Made by a program: the position numbers and the translations under genes
NCBI GenBank assembly: GCA_045655565.1
Contig: JAZOPN010000041.1
Span: 1 to 63,936 of the forward strand
Reading direction: 5' to 3'
DNA: 63,936 nucleotides
Source: Eubacteriales bacterium
GTDB taxonomy: Bacteria > Bacillota > Clostridia > Oscillospirales > CAG-272
Part shown: positions 16,657 to 25,479 of the stretch, piece after piece
Layout of the letters: each line of letters starts with the position of its first letter
Numbering within the stretch: the stretch's first letter is position 1
The notes under the pieces: generated by a model
Databases searched by the model: none
The model's input: only the letters and a program-made list of their open reading frames with translations
What the model was told of the DNA's origin: nothing

Positions 16657-19128
16657 TCAAGAGATAAGTGACTTAATAAAGGAGATTACATACGCGCCAA
16701 CGCCCTCAAGTGTAATGGGAGCACCCGAAAGGTCTGCTGCATTCTTAGTGGACTCGGCATAGGATGCGTTAATCTCCGAGATATCTGAATCGTAAAGAGC
16801 TATCGCATCATTGAGAACTGCCTCAGCTTCGCTGACACCTGACAGCGTCTTGTCGGGTACATTCCTAGCATCATTCGCAAGTTTTATAGCAGCGAAACGA
16901 GTTGCGAGAGATGCGGTATTGTCAATATTGCCAACAAGAGTAACGAACTTAGTGGCACTAGCCTCAGCGTACCGAAGCGAGGTGTAGATGTCAAAAAGAG
17001 CAATGTTGGCATCAATAACACCGTCAATCTCGAGGATGTCACCCGCCTCCTTGAGCGCTAGCGCATTGTTTACAGCAGCAACAAGCTCATCACCTGTAAG
17101 TCCATCAAGAGCTGCAACCGCTGCGATATAATCAGCAGCAGCCTTTCTAACGTCAGCAATGGACTGACGGATAGTGACATACTGCTCCTTTGCCTCGGCA
17201 ACGCCGGGGTACTCAATAGCAACTTCATCGAGAAGCAACTCTGCATCATCGAGGTACTTCTCCTTTGTATCGAGGTTAATAGCAACGGTAGCCTTAGCCA
17301 TAAAACCAAGGAAGTTCTCCGCAACCTCACCAATAGCCTTAAGCTCGGTCTGAGCCTCATAGAATTCAAGCGCATCGGTAACACCGGGACAGGTCTCATT
17401 ATCATATACAAGCACCTTGGACTCTGCATACGCGACAAGTCTATCGGCCTGTGCTAGAGAAAGCTGTGCTGCAGCCGCCTCAAGCGCAGCAGTATCTGCA
17501 GGATCAACAGCATCATAAGCAGTCTTAGCATCAGCATATGCATCAACGGCATCCTTAAGCTCATTAATAGCGTCAACAAATGCCTCGGACTGAGATTTCA
17601 TCTTCTCAAACTTACTTCTTACAAGATCGTGGTTGTTGAATGCGTCGGAAATGCCGGGATATGTAGTGTTATATTTGTAGCTCTGCTTATCCTCGTCATA
17701 GAAAGCGGCCTTAGCAGCATCGTAGAACTCAGCAAGTACCTTATAGTCATTGGAGGAGAAGTCGTAGCCATCATCGAACCACTCCTGAACAAATGCCATG
17801 AATGCCTCGGATGCAACCTTATCATCAGCAAGGTCTGCGACCTCAGCATCGTATACCGAAAGTGCATTCTTAATATCATCTGCAACATCGCCGCTCATAT
17901 AGGTTCTAACACGCTCAGCAACAACCTTGCCGGTCTCTATATGCGCAAATCTTTCCTCATAGGAATCACGAACATTGATAGAAGATACGGTATTCTTAAG
18001 CGACTCACCGTAGACAACGAGTATCTGAGCCTTAATCGCCTCTATATCACTGAGCACCTCAGCATCGGTCGTAGTGTAACCGTATACATCAAGGAGTTTA
18101 TCATAAACATCAACAACCTTGAACTTAGTAGAAAGCGAAACGGTATCATCGAAGAGCATACCCTTAAGCTGTGCTATGGATGCCTTAGTAAGAGCCTCAA
18201 GCTCCTCGGGAGTAGTCTTACGATAATCACTACCGGACTGAAGATAAATATTATCAAGCGAAATTACAGTATCTCTGCCATCAAAGGTAGAGGTACTGTC
18301 GTAACCAACCTTGACGGATGCAACAGAGTGCATAGGAGTGCTGATATCCCGATAAGTAAGTTTGTTATCCTTATTCGCAACATCTGCGATAATAAGCTCG
18401 AACTTATTCTGCTCATATACGATGTGAACACTGTACCACTTGTTCTCGCTGATTGCCATATCAAGCTCGGTAAAGGAAGAACCAACATTAAGAAGCACCT
18501 TGCCTCTCGCGAAATCGAGAACGATAAGCGCGGTACCTGTAATAGAGCCGTCCATATGTGGTGTCTCACCAACAAACACCTTGACAAGAGGCGAGCCACT
18601 CTTCTTAACATTCACCGCAGCACCGCATCTAGGACATACTTCAGGAAGGTTGGCGAACGAATTGAACTCATCGTCATAGCCGCAACCGTCGCCGCAAAGC
18701 AGATGTGCACGCTCAATATGCGATGCCTTAATATCGGCATCAAACACAAATGTGCCGAGCTTCGCGGGATCGCCATTCTCATCGTTAATGTTAACGACAT
18801 AGAGCATATTTCCAACAGCTGCAGTGTTGGTGATAGGGCCGGATATCATATCCATATACTTGTTTGTAGGATTGTTATTGTTGTCTGTCTCGACCGACAA
18901 CTCTACCCTACCGGATAGTTTATCATCAGCGCCATTAACAAACTCTCCCTCGTATGTAGCACCCTCAAAATCCTCATCTACATATATAGTGGATGTCGCG
19001 GGATCATAATACTTAAGGATGTCATCATATGCCGGCTCTGCAGTATCCGCGGAAATAGCAACCGCGATAGAAGATACCAAAATAGCAACCACAAGCAATC
19101 CTATGAAAACTCTCTTTGCAAGCTTCAT
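16657..19128 (-). CDS. secreted protein: jelly-roll-like N-domain with an inserted Cys4 knuckle plus a long Ala/Asp/Glu-rich helical region
   Basis: Start set at ATG 19128 (AAGGAG 9 nt upstream). Signal peptide MKLAKRVFIGLLVVAILVSSIAVAISA|DT. 'CGDGC...CPRC' motif. The C-terminal roughly 500 aa is helical and low-complexity. No family recognised. Confidence 0.7.
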   Translation of the reverse strand: MKLAKRVFIGLLVVAILVSSIAVAISADTAEPAYDDILKYYDPATSTIYVDEDFEGATYEGEFVNGADDKLSGRVELSVETDNNNNPTNKYMDMISGPITNTAAVGNMLYVVNINDENGDPAKLGTFVFDADIKASHIERAHLLCGDGCGYDDEFNSFANLPEVCPRCGAAVNVKKSGSPLVKVFVGETPHMDGSITGTALIVLDFARGKVLLNVGSSFTELDMAISENKWYSVHIVYEQNKFELIIADVANKDNKLTYRDISTPMHSVASVKVGYDSTSTFDGRDTVISLDNIYLQSGSDYRKTTPEELEALTKASIAQLKGMLFDDTVSLSTKFKVVDVYDKLLDVYGYTTTDAEVLSDIEAIKAQILVVYGESLKNTVSSINVRDSYEERFAHIETGKVVAERVRTYMSGDVADDIKNALSVYDAEVADLADDKVASEAFMAFVQEWFDDGYDFSSNDYKVLAEFYDAAKAAFYDEDKQSYKYNTTYPGISDAFNNHDLVRSKFEKMKSQSEAFVDAINELKDAVDAYADAKTAYDAVDPADTAALEAAAAQLSLAQADRLVAYAESKVLVYDNETCPGVTDALEFYEAQTELKAIGEVAENFLGFMAKATVAINLDTKEKYLDDAELLLDEVAIEYPGVAEAKEQYVTIRQSIADVRKAAADYIAAVAALDGLTGDELVAAVNNALALKEAGDILEIDGVIDANIALFDIYTSLRYAEASATKFVTLVGNIDNTASLATRFAAIKLANDARNVPDKTLSGVSEAEAVLNDAIALYDSDISEINASYAESTKNAADLSGAPITLEGVGAYVISFIKSLIS

Positions 19129-19179
19129 AAATCTGTTCTCCTTGTACAAAGATGTGTGCGTATTATTTATACTTAATTT

Positions 19180-19208
19180 ATTATATCATCACAGGCGCGA
19201 AAAATCAA
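19180..19208 (-). promoter_or_regulatory. sigma-A promoter for the 823-aa secreted protein gene
   Basis: Minus-strand TTGATT (19203-19208), 17-bp spacer, TGaTATAAT with the -10 hexamer at 19180-19185. Confidence 0.6.
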
Positions 19209-19391
19209 GAAGTAAATATAGCAAAAATATCAGCGCAGTTTTGTATCATTTGTACAAAGAGAGGCGCTCGGGCGAAAGAAACGATTTGCTGTTTTTTCAA
19301 AGAAAAAAAGATAGGAAAACAGTGCCACGAATAATGCGCAAGGAATTAAGAAATACAGGAGAATTATTTGTTTGTTTTTGTCGAAAATCTA

Positions 19392-19420
19392 TTGATTTTT
19401 TGACACGGGTGTGCTAGAAT
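19392..19420 (+). promoter_or_regulatory. sigma-A promoter for the helicase gene
   Basis: TTGATT (19392-19397), 17-bp spacer, extended -10 TGcTAGAAT (-10 hexamer 19415-19420). About 100-nt leader to ATG 19530. Confidence 0.55.
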
Positions 19421-19529
19421 ACTTGTATAATATGTAAAATGGGTGAGGTATATCATTTGATACCGATATTGATTTAACTAAGTTATCGCCCACTAAAACT
19501 CAGCATAAAATATAGGGAAGGAGACCGAT

Positions 19530-22500
19530 ATGAGTAAGAGCATTTATACATACTACAAAGAGCGTCTAATCGAAATCGGAGGTGGTAACAAGTGCCTATA
19601 TCTCAAGAACATCGTAAGACGCGGTGCATATGATATCGGTCGCATATTTGAGGGGCGCGATGAAAAAGTCACTGAGCTTATTGATTTTCTCTGGGGCAGA
19701 TCTAAGAGCTTCACCCTAACCCTGCTCTCCAAGGCAGAGCGCGATGACATCTTTAGGAATATACAGTCACAGCAAAGGCGTGCGAAATCGGGTGATACCG
19801 CGCTGGACACACCGCCCACTGACGAGACTACGGCGAAGAAAATTGAGCGTGCAAAGCAGATGGAGGCGACTAAGGCCCTCGAGGCCGAGGTTATTAAGGT
19901 CAAGGAACTACGGCGCGAGGCAGACGAGATAGAGCGTGAGCGCGGTAGATATGAGTTATATGTGGGCTACCCATTCGTATTCGGTGCTATTCCTCAAGGT
20001 GCTCAAAAAACGCTGATTAAAGCCCCGCTTTTGCTCTTCCCTATCAAGATTGACATTGCCGATGATTATACCGTTGAACTTAGTCTAAATAAGGCTGAAA
20101 AGATACATATAAATCACGCGCTCGTTTATGCTTACGCGCAGTCAAAGAAATTGAATATTGATGCGCTCGAGCTTGAGTTTGATGATATGTCAAAATTCAA
20201 GACGGCGAGGGATGTTATAACATATCTTGTGGCGGCAGGCATCAGGATTGATGATAAGCTCCAGAGGAATATTCATAGTTATTCGAAGTATAAGGAGCCT
20301 GAGACTAAACCCGAGTTATCGCTCAGAAGTGCGGCGGTGCTCGGTCGTTTCCCACTCTCAAACTCTATATATTCCGACTACACCGCGCTCGAAAAGCGCA
20401 ATCTATCAAATACCGCACTTGCCGAGCTTTTACGCATTGGAAAGGCGAAGCCTGCGCGAACTTGGCCCTGGATGCCGAAGCCAACGAAAAATGCCCGTGT
20501 GTATCCGACAAGGATGCTCGACTATGCGCAGTCGGAGGTTTTGCGCGAGCTTGAGGAGCACGGCAATGTTGTTATCTATGGCCCTCCCGGCACAGGAAAA
20601 TCACAGACTATTGTTAACATAATTTCGGATGCTCTGGCGAAGCGTCAGCGTGTGCTGGTTGTATCGCAGAAGAAGGCTGCGCTCGATGTTGTATTCAACC
20701 GTCTTGGTCTGCTTAGCGACAGGGCTATGTATATATCCGACGAGGCGAAAGAGAAGCGTAGCTTCTATGAAAGGTGTCACACCGCACACACACGAGAGCG
20801 CGATGTTGATGCTGATGGGCTGAGGGTGCTCGAGGCACAGTATTCGGAGACCGAAGCGAGAATTGCCGCGGAGGTGAAGAAGCTCGACGATATTCACGCG
20901 CTACTAACTACACCGAGACTGCCCTTTGGTCTATCTATGTCCGAGATGTATTCGGCATCCTATAATATTGCAAAGAACACATCCGAATACGCCATATATC
21001 TCAATCTTATTGCACACCCAGAGGTTATGTCGCTGACATACAGGGAGCTTAAGGATGCTATGTTTGGTATCGGTGAGATGAAGCTCGCTGATACCTACTA
21101 TTCCTATATGCAGGCGAAGGAGAAAAATCCTCTTATCGACTATATGAAGGATGAGTTGGATATCAGGACACTCGCCGAGGTTAAGGGAATGCTCGAGGAT
21201 ATACAGAGGACTAAAAAAGGTCTATTCAACACCTCGAAGTATCCGTATTACAGACAGGTGCTCGCCTTTTATGGCCGTCTTAGAGACGAGGAGAGCCTTG
21301 AGAGAATTGTAAAGCTTGAGGCAGACTTCCAGAAGCCGGGCTTATTTGCTCGCGGAAAACTGGAGGCTAAGCTCAAGGAAGAGTTTAGTGACACGCTGGA
21401 TGCTATCGACGCATTTGCTAAGGAATACGAGTGCCTTAATCGAGTTATGACCACCGATGGTTATATCTCGGTTATTGATAACATTCTGCGCGGAAATGTA
21501 TCCTACATTAAACTTGTGTATGATGCGCTAGACAATTATATTTCTTTAAGGGATATAAACAACCTGCTCGCCAGCCTGGATGAGCACAAACTTGCAATAC
21601 TGAATTTCGCGTATTCCACCTGCAAAAACAACTCTAATTACCTTGATATAATTGCAAAGCTTACGATGGTAAGGATTTATCATGAGGTGCTTAGGTGTGA
21701 GGATGAGTATCGTGATAGCCTCGCGGGTCTTATGGACTTCGAGGATATTGCATCCAAGATATACCGTCTTAAGGCATCTCAACTAGAGGTGGCGGAGAAG
21801 ATTGCATATAACAAAAGTTATATAGATTATGAGGCAATATTCAAGAAATCTAAGGAAAGCGCTAACTATTTACACCAGATAAACAAGAATAAGGGCTACT
21901 GGCCTATAAGAAAAATGGTCGAGGTGTATAGCGACCTTGTGCTGACACTATTCCCCTGCTGGCTACTCTCGCCTGAGAACGTATCATCACTCCTGCCCCT
22001 AACAAAAAATCTGTTTGACCTTGTTATATTCGATGAGGCATCGCAGATATTCATTGAGAGCACGATCCCGACTATTTATCGTGGCAAGACAATAGTTGTT
22101 GCCGGTGACGACAAGCAGCTGCGCCCATCGGCTACATTTATGAAGCGTTATCTTGGCGCAGACCCCGAGACGCACGAGGACTACTCTATGCAGGCGGCAC
22201 TAGAGGTAGATAGTCTGCTCGACCTCGCGGTATCGAGATACGAGAGCACAAATCTAACCTATCACTACCGCTCGAGAAACCAGGAATTAATTGATTTTTC
22301 TAATGCGGCGTTCTATTCTTTGGGTCTGCAGATAGCACCCAATATCTCTAAGAATGAAGTCGAGAGGCCTATTGTGCGCTACAAGGTGGCGGGTAAGTGG
22401 CAGGATAGGCGAAATATTCCCGAGGCAAAACGGGTTGTTGAGGTGCTGAAGGAAATATTTGCAACAAGGAAGAATAACGAAAGCATTGGAATTATAACCT

Positions 22501-23306
22501 TCAACTCGGAGCAACAGTCTGCAATAGCTGATATGATTGATATTGAGTGCAGCAAGGATAAGGACTTCCGCTCTGCTATTATACTTGAAAGTCATCGTAT
22601 AGAGAATGGCGAGGACACAAGCATATTCATCAAGAACCTAGAGAATGTTCAAGGAGATGAAAGAGATATCATTGTTTTCTCTATCGGCTATGCAGAGAAT
22701 GAGGCAGGCAAGGTATACACCTCCTTTGGTTCACTCTCGGCAGAGGGTGGCGAAAATCGCCTGAATGTCGCTATAACAAGAGCGAAGAAAAAAATCATAG
22801 TTGTAACAAGCATTGAGCCTGAGGACCTCAAGGTTGAAGCCTCGAAAAACAATGGCCCAAAACTATTGCAGAAATATCTGCAATATGTAAGGGCGGTATC
22901 GGATGGCAAGACCGACGAGGTTAGGGTCATACTCTCGGAGCTGCAAGCATCTGAGATGCGTGCTGACGGGGCATTCCTACCGCTTCTCGATGTTGAGGCG
23001 CAGATGAAAGAGCGTCTTGAAAAGCTCGGCTACAAGGTCGATACAAGGCTGGGTAGCAAAAACAGCAGAATATCTCTTGCTGTTTATGATGCTGAGAGTG
23101 ATAGGTATCTTGTCGGTGTCGAACTCGACAGAGATGCGTATGCATCCTCGACATCCTCAATGGAGCGCGATGTGTATAAACCACGCTTCCTAGAGAGCCG
23201 TGGCTGGACTATTATGCGAGTTTGGCTGCGCGACTGGTGGATATCTCCGCAAAAGGTCGTAAAGAATATTGCGGCGGCAGCCGAGAGAAGCAAGAAAAAT
23301 GCATAA
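19530..23306 (+). CDS. SF1B (Upf1/DNA2-like) helicase with a C-terminal Vsr/DUF559-like endonuclease module
   Basis: Walker A 'GPPGTGKS' (aa 351-358), motif II 'FDEASQ' (aa 834-839), 'YHYRSR', 'VQGDERDIIVFS', 'RLNVAITRAKKKIIVV'. C-terminus 'VGVELDRDAY...ERDVYKPRFLESRGWTIMRVWLRDWW'. The N-terminal roughly 330 aa resembles DUF4011-type regions (from memory). Confidence 0.85.
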   Translation: MSKSIYTYYKERLIEIGGGNKCLYLKNIVRRGAYDIGRIFEGRDEKVTELIDFLWGRSKSFTLTLLSKAERDDIFRNIQSQQRRAKSGDTALDTPPTDETTAKKIERAKQMEATKALEAEVIKVKELRREADEIERERGRYELYVGYPFVFGAIPQGAQKTLIKAPLLLFPIKIDIADDYTVELSLNKAEKIHINHALVYAYAQSKKLNIDALELEFDDMSKFKTARDVITYLVAAGIRIDDKLQRNIHSYSKYKEPETKPELSLRSAAVLGRFPLSNSIYSDYTALEKRNLSNTALAELLRIGKAKPARTWPWMPKPTKNARVYPTRMLDYAQSEVLRELEEHGNVVIYGPPGTGKSQTIVNIISDALAKRQRVLVVSQKKAALDVVFNRLGLLSDRAMYISDEAKEKRSFYERCHTAHTRERDVDADGLRVLEAQYSETEARIAAEVKKLDDIHALLTTPRLPFGLSMSEMYSASYNIAKNTSEYAIYLNLIAHPEVMSLTYRELKDAMFGIGEMKLADTYYSYMQAKEKNPLIDYMKDELDIRTLAEVKGMLEDIQRTKKGLFNTSKYPYYRQVLAFYGRLRDEESLERIVKLEADFQKPGLFARGKLEAKLKEEFSDTLDAIDAFAKEYECLNRVMTTDGYISVIDNILRGNVSYIKLVYDALDNYISLRDINNLLASLDEHKLAILNFAYSTCKNNSNYLDIIAKLTMVRIYHEVLRCEDEYRDSLAGLMDFEDIASKIYRLKASQLEVAEKIAYNKSYIDYEAIFKKSKESANYLHQINKNKGYWPIRKMVEVYSDLVLTLFPCWLLSPENVSSLLPLTKNLFDLVIFDEASQIFIESTIPTIYRGKTIVVAGDDKQLRPSATFMKRYLGADPETHEDYSMQAALEVDSLLDLAVSRYESTNLTYHYRSRNQELIDFSNAAFYSLGLQIAPNISKNEVERPIVRYKVAGKWQDRRNIPEAKRVVEVLKEIFATRKNNESIGIITFNSEQQSAIADMIDIECSKDKDFRSAIILESHRIENGEDTSIFIKNLENVQGDERDIIVFSIGYAENEAGKVYTSFGSLSAEGGENRLNVAITRAKKKIIVVTSIEPEDLKVEASKNNGPKLLQKYLQYVRAVSDGKTDEVRVILSELQASEMRADGAFLPLLDVEAQMKERLEKLGYKVDTRLGSKNSRISLAVYDAESDRYLVGVELDRDAYASSTSSMERDVYKPRFLESRGWTIMRVWLRDWWISPQKVVKNIAAAAERSKKNA

Positions 23307-23350
23307 AGAGAACGCGGTGTAAACAGTTGGTTACATCGCGTTCTCTATTT
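23307..23350 (+). terminator. intrinsic terminator after the helicase gene
   Basis: agagaacgcggtgtaa (23307-23322) / ttacatcgcgttctct (23331-23346), a 16-bp stem with one G-U pair, followed by ATTTGTT. Confidence 0.65.
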
Positions 23351-23470
23351 GTTAAAATACGGTTAGGTATTATGGGCATTTTTGCTCTTATGGTAGTTCG
23401 TTTTTTTCAGATGATCGGGCGTATGTCGCCACCCGTGTCGAGTTTTTAGGTTTAATTTATAGTGTATCTA

Positions 23471-23510
23471 AAGAGCACCGCAAGCAAAAGCCAACGGTGC
23501 TCTTAATTTT
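23471..23510. terminator. hairpin between the helicase and the convergent ABC exporter genes
   Basis: aagagcaccg (23471-23480) / cggtgctctt (23495-23504). T-rich tail AATTTTGTG on the plus strand; the tail on the minus strand is weak. Confidence 0.5.
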
Positions 23511-23517
23511 GTGTGTA

Positions 23518-25479
23518 CTAGTCAAGCTCCTTTTGACCGGTGTATAGCTCGTAGTATCTACCTCTCATAGCCAATAGGTCATCGTGAGTTCCGCGCTCGA
23601 TAATCTCACCGCGCTCAAGCACCATAATGGCGTTCGAATTCCTAACGGTGGAAAGTCTGTGAGCAATAACAAATGTAGTTCTATTCTGCATTAGTGCATC
23701 CATACCGCGCTCGATGTGTCGCTCTGTTCTTGTATCAACAGAGGATGTCGCCTCATCCAGAACAAGGATAGGGGCGTGTGATAGGGCTGCCCTTGCGATA
23801 TTTAATAACTGACGCTGTCCCTGCGATAGGTTGGCACCATCGCCCGATAGGACTGTATCATACCCTTTCTCTAGGCGCGTGATAAAACTGTGCGCACTGG
23901 CGGTCTTGGCTGCCGCTATTACCTCTTCGTCGGTAGCATCAAGCCTACCGTAACGGATATTCTCCATTACAGTTCCTGTAAACAGATGGGTGTCCTGAAG
24001 TACCATCGCGATGTTCTGCCTTAGGAAATCGCGGTCAAACTCCTTGATAGGTCTTCCATCAATGGTAATACGCCCCTCTTCTATATCATAAAATCGGTTA
24101 ATCAGATTTGTGATAGTAGTCTTTCCTGCGCCTGTCGAGCCCACAAAGGCAATCTTCTGTCCCGGATGTGCGTATAGTGATATACCGCGCAGGACGGTCT
24201 GTCCCTCAACATATCCGAATGTTACATCCTCAAGGCGCACATCACCGCGTATCGTCTCACGCGATGCTGTATCGTCCTGTATTTCCTCGGGTGGCTCATC
24301 CATTACAGCGAACACTCTCTCTGCACCGGCAAGGGCCGAGAATATTGTCGACATCTGCATTGCTATCATATCTATGGGTCTGGCGAACTGCTTCGAGTAT
24401 CCTGCAAATAAGGTTAGTGCGCCTGCTGTAAGTCCTGTTGTGAACATCAATATACCGCCGACACCTACGGTTACACTGAAGCAAACCTGGCTAGTGTTTC
24501 CTATGACAGGTCCTGTTATACCGCCGAAGAATGATGCGAGGAATTGCTTGTCGCGTAGGTCCTCATTAAGGATTTCAAACTCCTCAACACATACGCCCTC
24601 GTGGTTAAACACCTTCATAACCTTTTGCCCTGTTATAGTCTCCTCGATATAGCCGTTTACGGCACCGAGTGCTGCCTGCTGTCCTGAATAGTGCTTGCTC
24701 GACCACTTCGCTATTGTGGATGCGCCAAGCATAAAGATTGGAATGAAGCAAACGGTAACAAGGCTTAGCCAAATATTAGTGGTTAACATAAAGAATAATG
24801 TACCAACAAGGCTTACCGCACCGGAGATTATAGATGTCAAGGAATTATTAAGCATAACATCTATATTATCAATATCATTGGTAAACCTACTCATTATCTC
24901 GCCTGTGGGACGAGAGTCAAAGTAGCGGATAGGAAGCTTCTGCATCTTCTCAAAGAGGTCGCGTCTTATCTTCTCTATCGAGCTTTGCGAGATTATGAGC
25001 ATCAGGCGTGCTTGAATATAAGATGTAAGAATTGATACAAGATATATAGAGCCGAGGATAATTAGTGCTGCGGCAACATAAATCACGACTGCGGTAACAC
25101 TATCGCCCATAAGACCGCTTATTAAGGGGGAGGTCGCGAATCCCTCTATAACCGTATCAGCCCAAATCTCTACGAAGCTTGGATTAGTTACTGTATCGGG
25201 CGCTACTATCGCGGCAATACGGTTTATGATGGGTGCCATCATGTATGATGCGAATAGAGTGGATACAGTATTAATGAGCATACAAAACAGTACTACGAGG
25301 AATAGCCACTTGTACTTTCCTACATAGGTGAGAAGTCGCTTTACGGTAGCGCCCATATTCTTGGGCTTTCCCTTTGGTCGCGGGCCATGTCTACCGGGAC
25401 CGCCGCCGGGGCCACCTCTGCCGGGCTGTGAGGCGTGGGAGTTGTACTGCCGTCTAAGTTGTTCTATGCTTCTTGCCAT
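23518..25479 (-). CDS. ABC exporter, fused permease/ATPase (heterodimer partner B) with a Gly/Pro/basic N-terminal tail
   Basis: Six-TM type-1 exporter domain, then Walker A 'GSTGAGKTT', signature 'LSQGQRQ' and Walker B 'ILVLDEATS'. Overlaps the upstream gene by 16 nt. Confidence 0.9.
   Translation of the reverse strand: MARSIEQLRRQYNSHASQPGRGGPGGGPGRHGPRPKGKPKNMGATVKRLLTYVGKYKWLFLVVLFCMLINTVSTLFASYMMAPIINRIAAIVAPDTVTNPSFVEIWADTVIEGFATSPLISGLMGDSVTAVVIYVAAALIILGSIYLVSILTSYIQARLMLIISQSSIEKIRRDLFEKMQKLPIRYFDSRPTGEIMSRFTNDIDNIDVMLNNSLTSIISGAVSLVGTLFFMLTTNIWLSLVTVCFIPIFMLGASTIAKWSSKHYSGQQAALGAVNGYIEETITGQKVMKVFNHEGVCVEEFEILNEDLRDKQFLASFFGGITGPVIGNTSQVCFSVTVGVGGILMFTTGLTAGALTLFAGYSKQFARPIDMIAMQMSTIFSALAGAERVFAVMDEPPEEIQDDTASRETIRGDVRLEDVTFGYVEGQTVLRGISLYAHPGQKIAFVGSTGAGKTTITNLINRFYDIEEGRITIDGRPIKEFDRDFLRQNIAMVLQDTHLFTGTVMENIRYGRLDATDEEVIAAAKTASAHSFITRLEKGYDTVLSGDGANLSQGQRQLLNIARAALSHAPILVLDEATSSVDTRTERHIERGMDALMQNRTTFVIAHRLSTVRNSNAIMVLERGEIIERGTHDDLLAMRGRYYELYTGQKELD

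Noticed and set aside
17629-18918. 429-aa plus-strand ORF
   Set aside because: It lies entirely antisense to the 823-aa secreted-protein gene. Its composition is Ile/Leu/Asn/Cys-rich and low-complexity, with no ribosome-binding site or motifs. It is a by-product of codon bias on the sense strand.
23371-23448. 25-aa hydrophobic mini-ORF (MGIFALMVVRFFQMIGRMSPPVSSF) between the two terminators after the helicase gene
   Set aside because: It has no convincing ribosome-binding site or promoter, it is very short, and it lies between terminator hairpins. Evidence is insufficient to call a toxin or leader peptide.
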